Of a stretch of DNA of 64,000 nucleotides, positions 1 to 9,314 are shown piece by piece. A model generated the notes under the pieces. It did no database searches. It was not told the DNA's origin and worked only from the letters and a program-made list of their open reading frames with translations. Source of the stretch: Candidatus Nomurabacteria bacterium RIFCSPLOWO2_01_FULL_41_18 (GTDB lineage Bacteria > Patescibacteriota > Minisyncoccia > Phycocordibacterales > UBA9973); NCBI GenBank assembly GCA_001785865.1, contig MFUZ01000006.1, positions 45,674 to 109,673 on the forward strand, given 5' to 3'. The position numbers were made by a program, and so were the translations under genes. Position 1 is the first letter of the stretch. Each line of letters begins with the position of its first letter.

Positions 1-156
1 AATTTTTGCCGTGCAAAATAAAAGCCGAAGGTTCTAAACGCAGTCGAAGGACGCAAGTTATTTTTAATGAACCAGTCTTAGTCGCCGCGGGTCAATCCTG
101 TGTCATCTTCGATGGGAATATTTGTCTTGGAGGGGGAGTTGTTGTATAATGAATGT

Positions 157-627
157 ATGATACAATTTTTTGCACAAAACAATGAGATTATTATAAGGTT
201 ATTGGTGGCGGTAGGACTAGGATTGTTAATAGGCGTAGAGAGAGCATTAGTTCACAAAGAAGCGGGAATGAAGACACACGCCTTGGTCTCTTTGGGATCT
301 GCGGTGTTTATAGTCGTTTCTCAAATGATATCTCTCAGGTATCCGAACGTGGTAGGGTTTGACCCTTCCCGCATCGCTTCTCAGGTAATTGTCGGCATAG
401 GTTTTCTCGGCGCAGGTTCGATAATCTTGCAAGGCAACAAGCTCCTCGGTCTGACCACAGCCGGCGGACTTTGGGTCACCGCTGCGGTCGGCATGGCCGC
501 TGGGTTCGGATTCTATGGCTTGGCGGTTGTTACCACCATTCTCGTGCTCCTAGTGCTCATCTTAGTTAATTTATTTGAAAACCCTATTAGAAAAATTACT
601 GGTGAAAGGGATCACAAAAAGGACTAG
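157..627 (+). CDS. MgtC/SapB family membrane protein
   Basis: Motifs IGVER..HKEAGMKTHALV, DPSRIASQVIVGIGFLGAG and GLTTAGGLW. ATG at 157, 6 nt after TATAAT, is preferred over the GTG at 100. Confidence 0.9.
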   Translation: MIQFFAQNNEIIIRLLVAVGLGLLIGVERALVHKEAGMKTHALVSLGSAVFIVVSQMISLRYPNVVGFDPSRIASQVIVGIGFLGAGSIILQGNKLLGLTTAGGLWVTAAVGMAAGFGFYGLAVVTTILVLLVLILVNLFENPIRKITGERDHKKD

Positions 628-641
628 AAATAAAAAGTTGT

Positions 642-2300
642 ATGCAATCAGATGAAATTAGGAAAAGATTTTTAAAATTTTTCGAACATAAGTCGCATGG
701 AGGACATAAAATAATTCCTCCATCTTCTCTTATTCCCGGAGATCCGACAGTGCTGTTCACGACTGCTGGCATGCAACAATTCAAGCCATATTATACAAAT
801 CCGCAAGACGCGGATAAAGACTTTGGTGGCAGAAATATAGCTACGGTGCAGAAATGTGTCCGCACGGGAGACATAGACGAAGTGGGCGATGCCACCCATC
901 TGACTTTTTTTGAAATGCTAGGCAACTTTTCCTTCGGAGGATATTGGAAGAAAGAGGCCATAGGGTATGCACATGAATTTATAACCAAAGAGCTTGGGCT
1001 CGTGATCGATTATGTGTCTATTTTTAAAGACGATACAACTCAAATTCCTGCTGATGAAGAATCAAGACAAATCTGGCAATCAATAGATAAAAATATAGTA
1101 ATAAAAGAACACAAAAAAGAAGATAATTTCTGGGGTCCGACTGGAGACGAAGGTCCATGTGGTCCAACGACAGAAATATATATAAATGGTGTTGAAATAT
1201 GGAATATAGTTTTTAATGAATTTTATAAAACCAAAGAAGGAAAATATAATCCGCTGTCTGTGAGAGGTATTGATACAGGTATGGGTTTAGAACGGCTTTT
1301 AGTGCAAGTGCAGAAGAAAGATAATGTCTATGAGACGGATTTGTTTGATAACGAAAAAACGAAAGAAGAAAGAATTGTTGCAGATCATGTAAAAGCATCA
1401 CTTTTCATGATTTCTGATGGTGTGGTTCCTTCCAATACCGGACGAGGGTACATTTTGCGTAGATTAATAAGGCGAGCAGTCAGATTTTCTAAACAACCAT
1501 TAGTTCAGGAAATTGAAAAAATGAAAAAAGTATATGAAGGAGTATATATATTAGATGGCAAAGGAGAGATAGAGAAAGAAGAAAATAAGTTTAGAGAAAC
1601 TCTTGAAAAAGGAATGAAAGAATTCGCTAAAGGGACTGACCCGTATGTTCTTTTCACTACTTATGGCTTTCCGCTAGAGTTGACGGAAGAATTAGCAAAG
1701 GAAAAAGGTGTAGGAATAGATAAAGTAGATTTCAATAAAAAAATGGCTGAGCATCAGAAACTTTCACAGACATCTTCAGCTGGCATGTTCAAGGGAGGTC
1801 TAGCAAATCACAACGAAAAGACAATTAAACTGCATACTGCTCACCACTTGCTCCTTGCGGGCCTGCAGGCCGTTCTCAGCCCCGAAATCAAACAAAGGGG
1901 GAGTAATATAACTGAAGAACGTTTAAGAATAGACTTTCTTTGCGATCATAAATTAACTGATGAAGAAAAAAAGAAAGTGGAAGATTGGGTGAATGATAAA
2001 ATTAAACAAGGTCTAAATGTTGTGCGTAAAGAGATGCCACTTACGGAGGCGCAAAAAATCGGCGCAGAAATGGAATTCGGCACCAAATATCCAGAAACTG
2101 TTTCCATCTATTTTATAGAAGACCAGAATGGCAATCCAATTTCCAAAGAATTCTGTGGTGGCCCGCATGTCGAGAACACTAGCGAATTAGCTAGTGTCCG
2201 AGATCCCGAGGGAAACTCGAGGGATAGTGGTCCATTTAAGATCCAAAAAGAAGAAGCAGTTGCGCAAGGAATTAGGCGCATAAAAGCTGCCTTAATATGA
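642..2300 (+). CDS. alaS: Alanine--tRNA ligase, short form without C-Ala domain
   Basis: DPTVLFTTAGMQQFK, HLTFFEMLGNFSFG, IDTGMGLER; editing domain HTAHH...CGGPH; only 552 aa. Confidence 0.97.
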   Translation: MQSDEIRKRFLKFFEHKSHGGHKIIPPSSLIPGDPTVLFTTAGMQQFKPYYTNPQDADKDFGGRNIATVQKCVRTGDIDEVGDATHLTFFEMLGNFSFGGYWKKEAIGYAHEFITKELGLVIDYVSIFKDDTTQIPADEESRQIWQSIDKNIVIKEHKKEDNFWGPTGDEGPCGPTTEIYINGVEIWNIVFNEFYKTKEGKYNPLSVRGIDTGMGLERLLVQVQKKDNVYETDLFDNEKTKEERIVADHVKASLFMISDGVVPSNTGRGYILRRLIRRAVRFSKQPLVQEIEKMKKVYEGVYILDGKGEIEKEENKFRETLEKGMKEFAKGTDPYVLFTTYGFPLELTEELAKEKGVGIDKVDFNKKMAEHQKLSQTSSAGMFKGGLANHNEKTIKLHTAHHLLLAGLQAVLSPEIKQRGSNITEERLRIDFLCDHKLTDEEKKKVEDWVNDKIKQGLNVVRKEMPLTEAQKIGAEMEFGTKYPETVSIYFIEDQNGNPISKEFCGGPHVENTSELASVRDPEGNSRDSGPFKIQKEEAVAQGIRRIKAALI

Positions 2301-2410
2301 AACAAGGAGATAATTTCTATTATTCACAGCTCAATTTGTTAAAATCGGTAGGGGGAGTATACTTATAGTTAGTATTTAAAATTATTAATTTATTAGGTCT
2401 AATTAAATAT

Positions 2411-4645
2411 ATGAAAAAATATACTTTGTTTTTGTTTGCCTTTGCCTTCGTTCTAGGCCTTTTTAATATTAATGTGAATTCTGTGAGTGCGCAGACAACT
2501 AGCCCAACAATTAACTCATTCACTCCGGCTTTTGGTCCCGTTGGCACAACAATAAAAGTAAATGGAAGTGGTTTCGCTCCTTCCGCAATGGTATTTTTTA
2601 TGAGTGTAGAAGCTGGGGGCGGTCTTCAAGTTCCAGCAACTGTTGTAAGCAGTAGTGAAATTCAATTTGTCGCTGATATTGATCCTTATTCTCCTTTTGG
2701 AGCCTATTATATTGTTGTAGCTAATAATTATGGCAGTCCATTCGCTCGATCGTCAACCAATTTTATGCTAACGGAACTTAATCCTCAAATTGATTACGTT
2801 TATGATAGTCAGTTCGGAACCCTGGGTTTTAGTAATGGTGAATTCTATCTTCCATCCGCAGTCGCCTTAGATTCCTCAGGCAACATATATGTAGCAGATA
2901 AACGCCGTGTCCAAAAGTTCAACTCCTCTGGTGTTTACCAATCTCAATTCGGTACTGTAGGTTCAGGTAATGGGCAATTTAGTGAACCAGTTGCACTTGC
3001 CATAGATTCTTCAAATAATATTTACGTAGTGGATTTTTCACTAAATCGTGTCCAAAAGTTCAACTCCTCTGGTGTTTACCTTTCTCAATTCGGTAGTGCA
3101 GGTTCAGGTAATGGGCAGTTTAATCAACCATCCGATATCACTATCGATTCTTCAGGTAATATTTATATTGTCGAGACAGGCAACCATCGTGTCCAAAAGT
3201 TCAACTCCTCTGGTGTTTACCTTTCTCAATTCGGTAGTGCAGGTTCAGGCAATGGGCAGTTTAATCAAGGTGTGGGGATTGCTCACGACTCTTTGAATAA
3301 TATTTATGTCACTGACATGGCTAATAATCGTGTCCAAAAGTTCAACTCCTCTGGTGTTTACCTTTCTCAATTCGGTACTGCAGGTTCAGGTAATGGTCAG
3401 TTTAGTCAACCTACCGCAATTAATGTCGATTCCTCAGGTAATATTCTTGTGGCTGAATTTGGCAACCACCGTGTCCAAAAGTTTAACTCCTCTGGTGTTT
3501 ACCAATCTCAATTCGGTACTGCAGGTGCAGGTGACGGGCAGTTTGTTCAAGCGGTTGGGATGACTCTTGATTCTTCGGGTAATATTTATGTAGTTGATTT
3601 CGAATTAGGTCGTGTCCAAAAGTTTACTGTAACTCGTCCAACCGTCACCCTTACCTCATACATAAAAGGTACAGGTACTGGATCCATCTCATCCACCCCA
3701 GAATTAGGATCATGTAATTCAACAACCAAATCATGCAGTGTCACGGTACCAAAAGGTACTGTAGTAACACTCAAATCTGTGAACCTTCCAGCCAATTCTA
3801 CATTCGTTGGATGGTCAGGAGCATGTAGTGGTAAAAACACTTGTGCTGTTACTGTGAATGCAGATACTTCTGTCACTGCTACATTTAATCTTTTAAGGAC
3901 CATTCTGCCAACGGTAGAAATAACAGCATCACCAAATACCATCAGTGCGGGTGACAAATCAAACATTTCATGGACGTCCACAAACGCTACTGTTTGTAAT
4001 AGTTCAGGAAACTGGCCTGCTTCAAGATCTAATACAAGAGCAACATCTGGTTCTCTTTCAGTAAATCCAACAATTACTTCAACATATAGTTTGACTTGTA
4101 TTAATTCTGGAGGAACAGGTAAAACTGCTTCAACAACTGTGACGGTTACTCCAGTCATTCCAACTCCTCAACCAGTCAAAGTCTCACTTTCCATCCAAGG
4201 AGATGGCGAAATAACTTCAAGTTCAAATGTTCAATTTGTCTGCGATAATAGTACTGTTGGTTACACAAACTGCACCGCCTCAATTGTTCCTGGTACTTCA
4301 GTAACTTTCACCGAAAGTCATGATGCCGACAACAACATATTTGGTGGCTGGGGTGGAGGTATGTCTGGTTTTGAAGAAGGAACTAGTTGTTCTCAAACGA
4401 GGGAAAAAACATTTGACGCAACCTGCACTATCACTATTCCTAATGACCCTAACACTCTCATTATTGGTAACTTCATCCAAGCACCTACCAAATCAACCGC
4501 GCCTACTTCATCTCTCCAGAACTTCCTTGCTTCTGTTGTTTTAGTGGCAGGTATACCATGGACTTGGGTAATTGTCTTTATTGCTCTAATTATTATTTTG
4601 ATAATTAACTACGTGGTAGTTAACAGGAAAAAAGGGGGGAAATAA
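2411..4645 (+). CDS. Surface protein: signal peptide, IPT/TIG domain, 6-bladed NHL beta-propeller, InlB-B-repeat-like/Ig-like domains, C-terminal TM anchor
   Basis: N-terminal signal (VSA/QT); PTINSFTP..GPVGTTIKVNGSGF (IPT); six GQF..P..IA.DSSGNIYV.D..N.RVQKF repeats; F.GWSGACSG...C.VT; hydrophobic C-terminus ending RKKGGK. Confidence 0.85.
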   Translation: MKKYTLFLFAFAFVLGLFNINVNSVSAQTTSPTINSFTPAFGPVGTTIKVNGSGFAPSAMVFFMSVEAGGGLQVPATVVSSSEIQFVADIDPYSPFGAYYIVVANNYGSPFARSSTNFMLTELNPQIDYVYDSQFGTLGFSNGEFYLPSAVALDSSGNIYVADKRRVQKFNSSGVYQSQFGTVGSGNGQFSEPVALAIDSSNNIYVVDFSLNRVQKFNSSGVYLSQFGSAGSGNGQFNQPSDITIDSSGNIYIVETGNHRVQKFNSSGVYLSQFGSAGSGNGQFNQGVGIAHDSLNNIYVTDMANNRVQKFNSSGVYLSQFGTAGSGNGQFSQPTAINVDSSGNILVAEFGNHRVQKFNSSGVYQSQFGTAGAGDGQFVQAVGMTLDSSGNIYVVDFELGRVQKFTVTRPTVTLTSYIKGTGTGSISSTPELGSCNSTTKSCSVTVPKGTVVTLKSVNLPANSTFVGWSGACSGKNTCAVTVNADTSVTATFNLLRTILPTVEITASPNTISAGDKSNISWTSTNATVCNSSGNWPASRSNTRATSGSLSVNPTITSTYSLTCINSGGTGKTASTTVTVTPVIPTPQPVKVSLSIQGDGEITSSSNVQFVCDNSTVGYTNCTASIVPGTSVTFTESHDADNNIFGGWGGGMSGFEEGTSCSQTREKTFDATCTITIPNDPNTLIIGNFIQAPTKSTAPTSSLQNFLASVVLVAGIPWTWVIVFIALIIILIINYVVVNRKKGGK
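2906..3625 (+). repeat. 141-bp-period intragenic repeat (NHL blades)
   Basis: cgtgtccaaaag starts at 2906, 3047, 3188, 3329, 3470 and 3611. Confidence 0.95.
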
Positions 4646-4686
4646 AAGCTGTACTCATATAATTCACCTGTGGTATAATTACCGGA

Positions 4687-5886
4687 ATGGGAATTTTTTG
4701 GAATACTAAAAATAAAGGAGATCTAGCGCTGGTTTTTGATATCAGGTCTTGTTCGGTGGGAGCAGCGCTTTTTTTGACGAAAAAAAATGGGATTCCTAAG
4801 ATAATTTTTTCCATTCGGGAACCGATACCCATGGAAGAGAATGTGGAAACCGACAAATTTCTCTCTTCGATGATCAAGGCCTTAGAGAGGGCGGCGAAAA
4901 CGGTAGAGAATGCTCGCATGGGCGCGCCGAAGAGGATTTTTTGTGTTCTTGCTTCGCCCCTTCATTTCTCTCAGACCAGAGTCATAAGGCTTGAAAAGAA
5001 CGCACCCTTCATATTTACCGCGAAGCTAGCCAATGATCTCATTCAGAAGGAGATCTCGCTTTTCGAAGAGGAGCACTCATTGAAATATTCCAATGCTGGC
5101 AGCAAGCTCCGATCCATTGAATTTAAAAATATAAAGACAATGCTGAATGGCTATGAGGCGTCGAACCCGCTCGATCAAAAGGCAAAGGATCTCGAAATGA
5201 GCATTTTTATTTCTATGAGCGGAGAATCTGTTTTGCAGAAAATAGAGGAAACTATCTGCAAGCATTTCAATCAGAGAAAAATAACTTTTTCTTCTTCGCT
5301 GATGGCGTCTTTTGCCGTTGTGCGCGATATGTACATGCATAATGAAAATTTTCTTTTAACCGAGATCGGGGGTGAAGTGACTGATATCTCGATGATAAAA
5401 AAGAATATATTACGCGAATCGATTTCTTTTCCTTTAGGTTTTAATTCTATCGTCCGAGGACTTGCCGCCAGGTCAAACTCTTCTTTTGGCGAGGCTAAAT
5501 CTCTAATTTCTCTATTGAAAGATGAGCATGCCTCGAGTGCGGTGGCAAAAAATTCTGGGCCAGTCATAGATGATTTGAAAAAGGAATGGCTGCTTAAATT
5601 TCAAGAATCTTTATCGCATCTCTCAAACGATATTTCCATCCCGGCGACTATTTATCTAGTGGTGAACGGAGAGATGTCCGGTTTTTTTTCTGAAACGATC
5701 AAGGGCGAACAGTTCAATCAATATACTTTAACGGAATCCAAATTCACTGTTGTCTTTTTAGGTGCGGAAGTTTTTCATGGCATGGCGGTATTCGGAGAAA
5801 ACGTAGTTCGAGACGCGACTCTCGTTGTCGACGCCATCTATGTTAATAGGTTTTTAATTCATTCTCTGCCACCCGAGAAAATATAG
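4687..5886 (+). CDS. FtsA/PilM-like actin-fold protein (CPR-type)
   Basis: LVFDIRSCSVG (degenerate phosphate-1) and LLTEIGGEVTDI...SFPLG (phosphate-2). Confidence 0.6.
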   Translation: MGIFWNTKNKGDLALVFDIRSCSVGAALFLTKKNGIPKIIFSIREPIPMEENVETDKFLSSMIKALERAAKTVENARMGAPKRIFCVLASPLHFSQTRVIRLEKNAPFIFTAKLANDLIQKEISLFEEEHSLKYSNAGSKLRSIEFKNIKTMLNGYEASNPLDQKAKDLEMSIFISMSGESVLQKIEETICKHFNQRKITFSSSLMASFAVVRDMYMHNENFLLTEIGGEVTDISMIKKNILRESISFPLGFNSIVRGLAARSNSSFGEAKSLISLLKDEHASSAVAKNSGPVIDDLKKEWLLKFQESLSHLSNDISIPATIYLVVNGEMSGFFSETIKGEQFNQYTLTESKFTVVFLGAEVFHGMAVFGENVVRDATLVVDAIYVNRFLIHSLPPEKI

Positions 5887-5890
5887 TCAT

Positions 5891-7189
5891 ATGCAAAAGA
5901 ATTTATTACAAGATATGGTCAGAATAAAACGCGCGAGGCAGGGGGTGCAAGCGGCGCCCGAGGTGGAAGTTCGACCCGAGCCACCTGAAAGGCCTAAAAA
6001 AGTTCTACCTATATTTACTACGAAATACAGAGCGAGAGAAGCAACTGATCCAGAAAAACCTGGATCCAAATACAAGCTTTGGTTGGTGGCGGGCGTATCG
6101 ATCATCTTTTTTCTTTTTAGCATTTCATATATTTTTATTAATGCGACGGTTACGGTAAACCCTAAAATAGAAAATTTGGTTCTAAATGAAAATATGACTG
6201 CCAGCTTAGATGGTGGCACAGAAGCACTACCTTTTGATCTAATAGTTATTTCTGGCGAAGAAAACAAGACATTGCAATCGAGCGGGGAAAAAGATGTCTT
6301 AGAAAAAGCTCGTGGAGTCGTCCTGATCTATAATAATTTCAGCACCGCTTCCCAGCGGCTAGATATAGACACCCGTCTCGAAGGGTCAAACGGCAAAATT
6401 TACAAAACAGAAAAACAGGTAATAGTAGGAGGCATAAAAGGTGGCATTCCTGGTTCCGTGGAAGTCGGCATATATGGGGCGCAGGAAGGGGAAGAATACA
6501 ACAGCGGTCCTCTCGACTTTACTATTCTCGGTTTTAAAGGGACGCCGAAATATTCTAAATTCTATGCAAGGTCCGAAGGCGAAATCACTGGGGGATTTAA
6601 AGGTAAAGCGCCCATCATTTCTTCCGCCGAGAAATCTGTTGCTGTAAGCGAGATGAAAACGACTCTAGAAACCAAACTTTTCGAACGAGCTTCTGACCAA
6701 ATTCCGGAAGGGTTTATTTTGTTCAAGGATGCGGTGTTTCTGGATATTAATGAAAATGATATTGATTCGACTCCAGTCAAAGATGATCTGATTTCTTTCG
6801 TCCTCAAAGGCACCTTGTATGGTTTTCTGCTTGAAGAGAGCAGGTTGGCTGAGGAAATCGCAGGAAGGAGGGTGGCGGGATACGACGGTAGCGCAGTGTA
6901 TATCCCAAATATCCGAGACCTGGTTTTATCGCTTTCAAATAAAGAAAATATTTCGGGAGAAGTGAAAAATATCCAATTCAATTTGAAGGGCGATGCAAAT
7001 ATTGTCTCAAAATTGGATGAAGATAAGCTTATAGCCGATCTCATAGGAAAATCCAAAAAAGACTTCAATCAGATTCTCTTAGAATATCCAAATATCATTT
7101 CTGCCAAATTAACCCTCCGGCCCTTCTGGAAAAGATCCTTTCCGGATGAAGCTAAAGATATAAAAGTGATCGTAAATTATCCGCAATGA
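5891..7189 (+). CDS. Single-TM hypothetical protein, baseplate J-like CPR family
   Basis: One TM helix near aa 62-82; KARG.V.IYN..S..Q.L...TRL....GKIY.T..V....PGSVEV...A...GEEYN pattern. Confidence 0.55.
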   Translation: MQKNLLQDMVRIKRARQGVQAAPEVEVRPEPPERPKKVLPIFTTKYRAREATDPEKPGSKYKLWLVAGVSIIFFLFSISYIFINATVTVNPKIENLVLNENMTASLDGGTEALPFDLIVISGEENKTLQSSGEKDVLEKARGVVLIYNNFSTASQRLDIDTRLEGSNGKIYKTEKQVIVGGIKGGIPGSVEVGIYGAQEGEEYNSGPLDFTILGFKGTPKYSKFYARSEGEITGGFKGKAPIISSAEKSVAVSEMKTTLETKLFERASDQIPEGFILFKDAVFLDINENDIDSTPVKDDLISFVLKGTLYGFLLEESRLAEEIAGRRVAGYDGSAVYIPNIRDLVLSLSNKENISGEVKNIQFNLKGDANIVSKLDEDKLIADLIGKSKKDFNQILLEYPNIISAKLTLRPFWKRSFPDEAKDIKVIVNYPQ

Positions 7190-7236
7190 TTCTCTCTTGA
7201 CGGTTATTCCTAATTTTACTATAATACATATTGTAC

Positions 7237-7476
7237 ATGAGTGAATTAAAAAATGAAAAATTGTCATCCGTCAGGGGAGTAGTGACCGAGGCATTGCCTA
7301 GCACCCTATTTAGAGTAGAAATAGAAAATAAAAACAGCACCGAAGAAAAAAAGGAAATTTTAGCATATCTGGCCGGCAAAATGAGGATGCATAGAATCAA
7401 AGTTTTAATTGGAGATTCCGTCGAAATCGTACTTGATCCCTACGGAGGCAAGGGCAGGATCGTCAAGAGGCTTTAA
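7237..7476 (+). CDS. infA: Translation initiation factor IF-1
   Basis: GVVTEALPSTLFRV...LAYLAGKMRMHRIKVLIGD.V. Confidence 0.97.
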   Translation: MSELKNEKLSSVRGVVTEALPSTLFRVEIENKNSTEEKKEILAYLAGKMRMHRIKVLIGDSVEIVLDPYGGKGRIVKRL

Positions 7477-7628
7477 AAAGTTGTGTTATTTCCGATAATG
7501 GTGTATTATATTAGTCAGGGTTTTTAAAAAGGAATAAATGTTTAAAAATAAGGGTTTTCTCCTTGTTTTTGCTTTTGTTCGTATAGGAAGGAACATTTTA
7601 CTTGGTTTATTATTTAATTTTTTATAAG

Positions 7629-7739
7629 ATGAAAATAAGATCGGCGGTAAAAAAAATTTGTGATAATTGCAAAATGGTTAGACGCCAAAGGCATTTAAGA
7701 ATAACTTGTTCAAACCCGAAGCATAAGCAAAAACAATAA
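7629..7739 (+). CDS. rpmJ: 50S ribosomal protein L36 (missing from ORF track)
   Basis: Manual translation [36 protein letters not shown]; lies between infA and rpsM. Confidence 0.97.
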   Translation: MKIRSAVKKICDNCKMVRRQRHLRITCSNPKHKQKQ

Positions 7740-7743
7740 TTTA

Positions 7744-8124
7744 ATGAGAATACTTGGAATCACAGTACCAAATGAAAAGAGATTAGAGATCGGGCTCACT
7801 TGCCTCTATGGTATCGGTGTTTCTACTGCTCGTAAAATTTTGGACAAAGTGGGGATCGATCGTGGCCACTATGCCAAGGACCTCACTTTGGATGAAGAAA
7901 ACAAGATCCGCCTATTGATAGAAGAGATACCGATAGAAGGAAATTTGAAAAGGGAGATCTCAGCTAATATCAAGAGATTGAAGGATATCAAAAGTTACCG
8001 AGGCGTTCGCCACATGAAAAGATTGCCGGTCCGCGGACAGAGGACAAAAACAAATTCGAGAACAGTCCGAGGTAATGTGAGAAAGACGATGGCATCAGGT
8101 AAGAGAAAAGAAAGTAAAACATAA
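7744..8124 (+). CDS. rpsM: 30S ribosomal protein S13
   Basis: LTCLYGIG; SYRGVRH..RLPVRGQRTKTNSRT. Confidence 0.98.
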   Translation: MRILGITVPNEKRLEIGLTCLYGIGVSTARKILDKVGIDRGHYAKDLTLDEENKIRLLIEEIPIEGNLKREISANIKRLKDIKSYRGVRHMKRLPVRGQRTKTNSRTVRGNVRKTMASGKRKESKT

Positions 8125-8135
8125 AAAAATAGCAA

Positions 8136-8585
8136 ATGGTAAAAGATAAAACAACAGAAGATAAAAAAGAAGATATAAAGAAAGAAACTGCTGTGGGAGT
8201 GGAGGTGAAGCTTGACGCTCCGAAGACACCAAAGAAGAAAGTAATTTCAGGCATTCTTTCCATTGATGCCACATTCAACAACACTAAAGTTCTTTTTGGG
8301 GACAAATCAGGCAATACGTTATTTTGGTCAAGTGCGGGAAGTTTGGGTTTTCGGGGAGCTAAAAAGGGGACCCCTTTCGCAGCTTCCAAAGTGGGCGATG
8401 TGATCGGCGGTAAAGCCGCTATACTCGGAGTCAAAGATGCGGAGGTGGTGGTCCTCGGAGTCGGCTCCGGACGAGAGCCGGCCATCAGAGCCTTCATGGC
8501 TCATGGGATAGAGATCACCGCTATCAGTGATGCGACCCCAGTGCCTCACAACGGACCGAAAGCTAAAAAGCCTAGACGAGTGTAA
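8136..8585 (+). CDS. rpsK: 30S ribosomal protein S11
   Basis: ATFNNT; WSSAGSLGFRGAKKGTPFAA; DATPVPHNG. Confidence 0.98.
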   Translation: MVKDKTTEDKKEDIKKETAVGVEVKLDAPKTPKKKVISGILSIDATFNNTKVLFGDKSGNTLFWSSAGSLGFRGAKKGTPFAASKVGDVIGGKAAILGVKDAEVVVLGVGSGREPAIRAFMAHGIEITAISDATPVPHNGPKAKKPRRV

Positions 8586-8634
8586 AAGAGTCATAAAGTA
8601 GAAAGTTATAAAGTTCATAAAGTAAAAAGAAAAC

Positions 8635-9240
8635 ATGATAAGTAAACCAAAATTTAAAATTTGCAGAAGACTAGGTCCCGGAGTGTACGACAAGTGTCAG
8701 ACCTCCAAGTTTAGAACGGCCTCCACTAAAGGCGGACTTCCGGGCGCGCGCCGTCCAAAGGCGCCTTCTGAATACGGAGCCCAGCTTATTGAAAAACAAA
8801 AAATTCGCTTTTCGTATGGGATCACAGAGCGACAGCTGTCCAACTATGTTAAAAAAGCTTCTAATATCAAAGGTGCCGGTACCGTAGATAAATTTTACGA
8901 AGAGCTCGAGTGTCGCCTAGACAATGTGGTTTACCGAATGGGTCTCAGTCCTAGCCGCCGCGCTGCCCGCCAAATGGTTTCTCACGGGCATTTTATTGTT
9001 AACGACAAAAAGGTAACTATCCCGTCCTATGAATTGAAGGCAGGAGACGTCCTCAAGATTAAAGAAGGATCAAAGCCAAAAAAGTTATTTGCTAATATTG
9101 CGGAAAAGAACAAAGACTACAATCCTCCGGCATGGATCACTTTTGATACCGGCATTATGGAAGGCAAAATCGTAGACAGGCCAAAGAATACCGAGAGTTT
9201 CCTTGATTTGAATGCCGTGCTTGAGTTTTATAGTCGTTAA
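8635..9240 (+). CDS. rpsD: 30S ribosomal protein S4
   Basis: SEYGAQLIEKQK; LECRLDNVVYRMG; ARQMVSHGH; EFYSR. Confidence 0.98.
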   Translation: MISKPKFKICRRLGPGVYDKCQTSKFRTASTKGGLPGARRPKAPSEYGAQLIEKQKIRFSYGITERQLSNYVKKASNIKGAGTVDKFYEELECRLDNVVYRMGLSPSRRAARQMVSHGHFIVNDKKVTIPSYELKAGDVLKIKEGSKPKKLFANIAEKNKDYNPPAWITFDTGIMEGKIVDRPKNTESFLDLNAVLEFYSR

Positions 9241-9314
9241 TTTATTATTAAAAATTTCCGCTTTAAGCGGAAACTGTGTGCAGAACAAATTAAAAGCTAA
9301 CTTTATATAAAATT

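Noticed and set aside
1..120. Possible tRNA-like 3' end (cgcgg-gtcaatc-ctgtg resembles a T-arm)
   Set aside because: The loop lacks TTC, there is no CCA or traceable cloverleaf, and the window edge truncates the context.
2906..3625. Constant/variable alternation resembling a CRISPR array
   Set aside because: The period is 141 bp (47 codons), in frame within an NHL-repeat protein, and there are no cas genes.
5891..7189. Prophage baseplate gene
   Set aside because: It has a TM anchor and no other phage genes are in the window.
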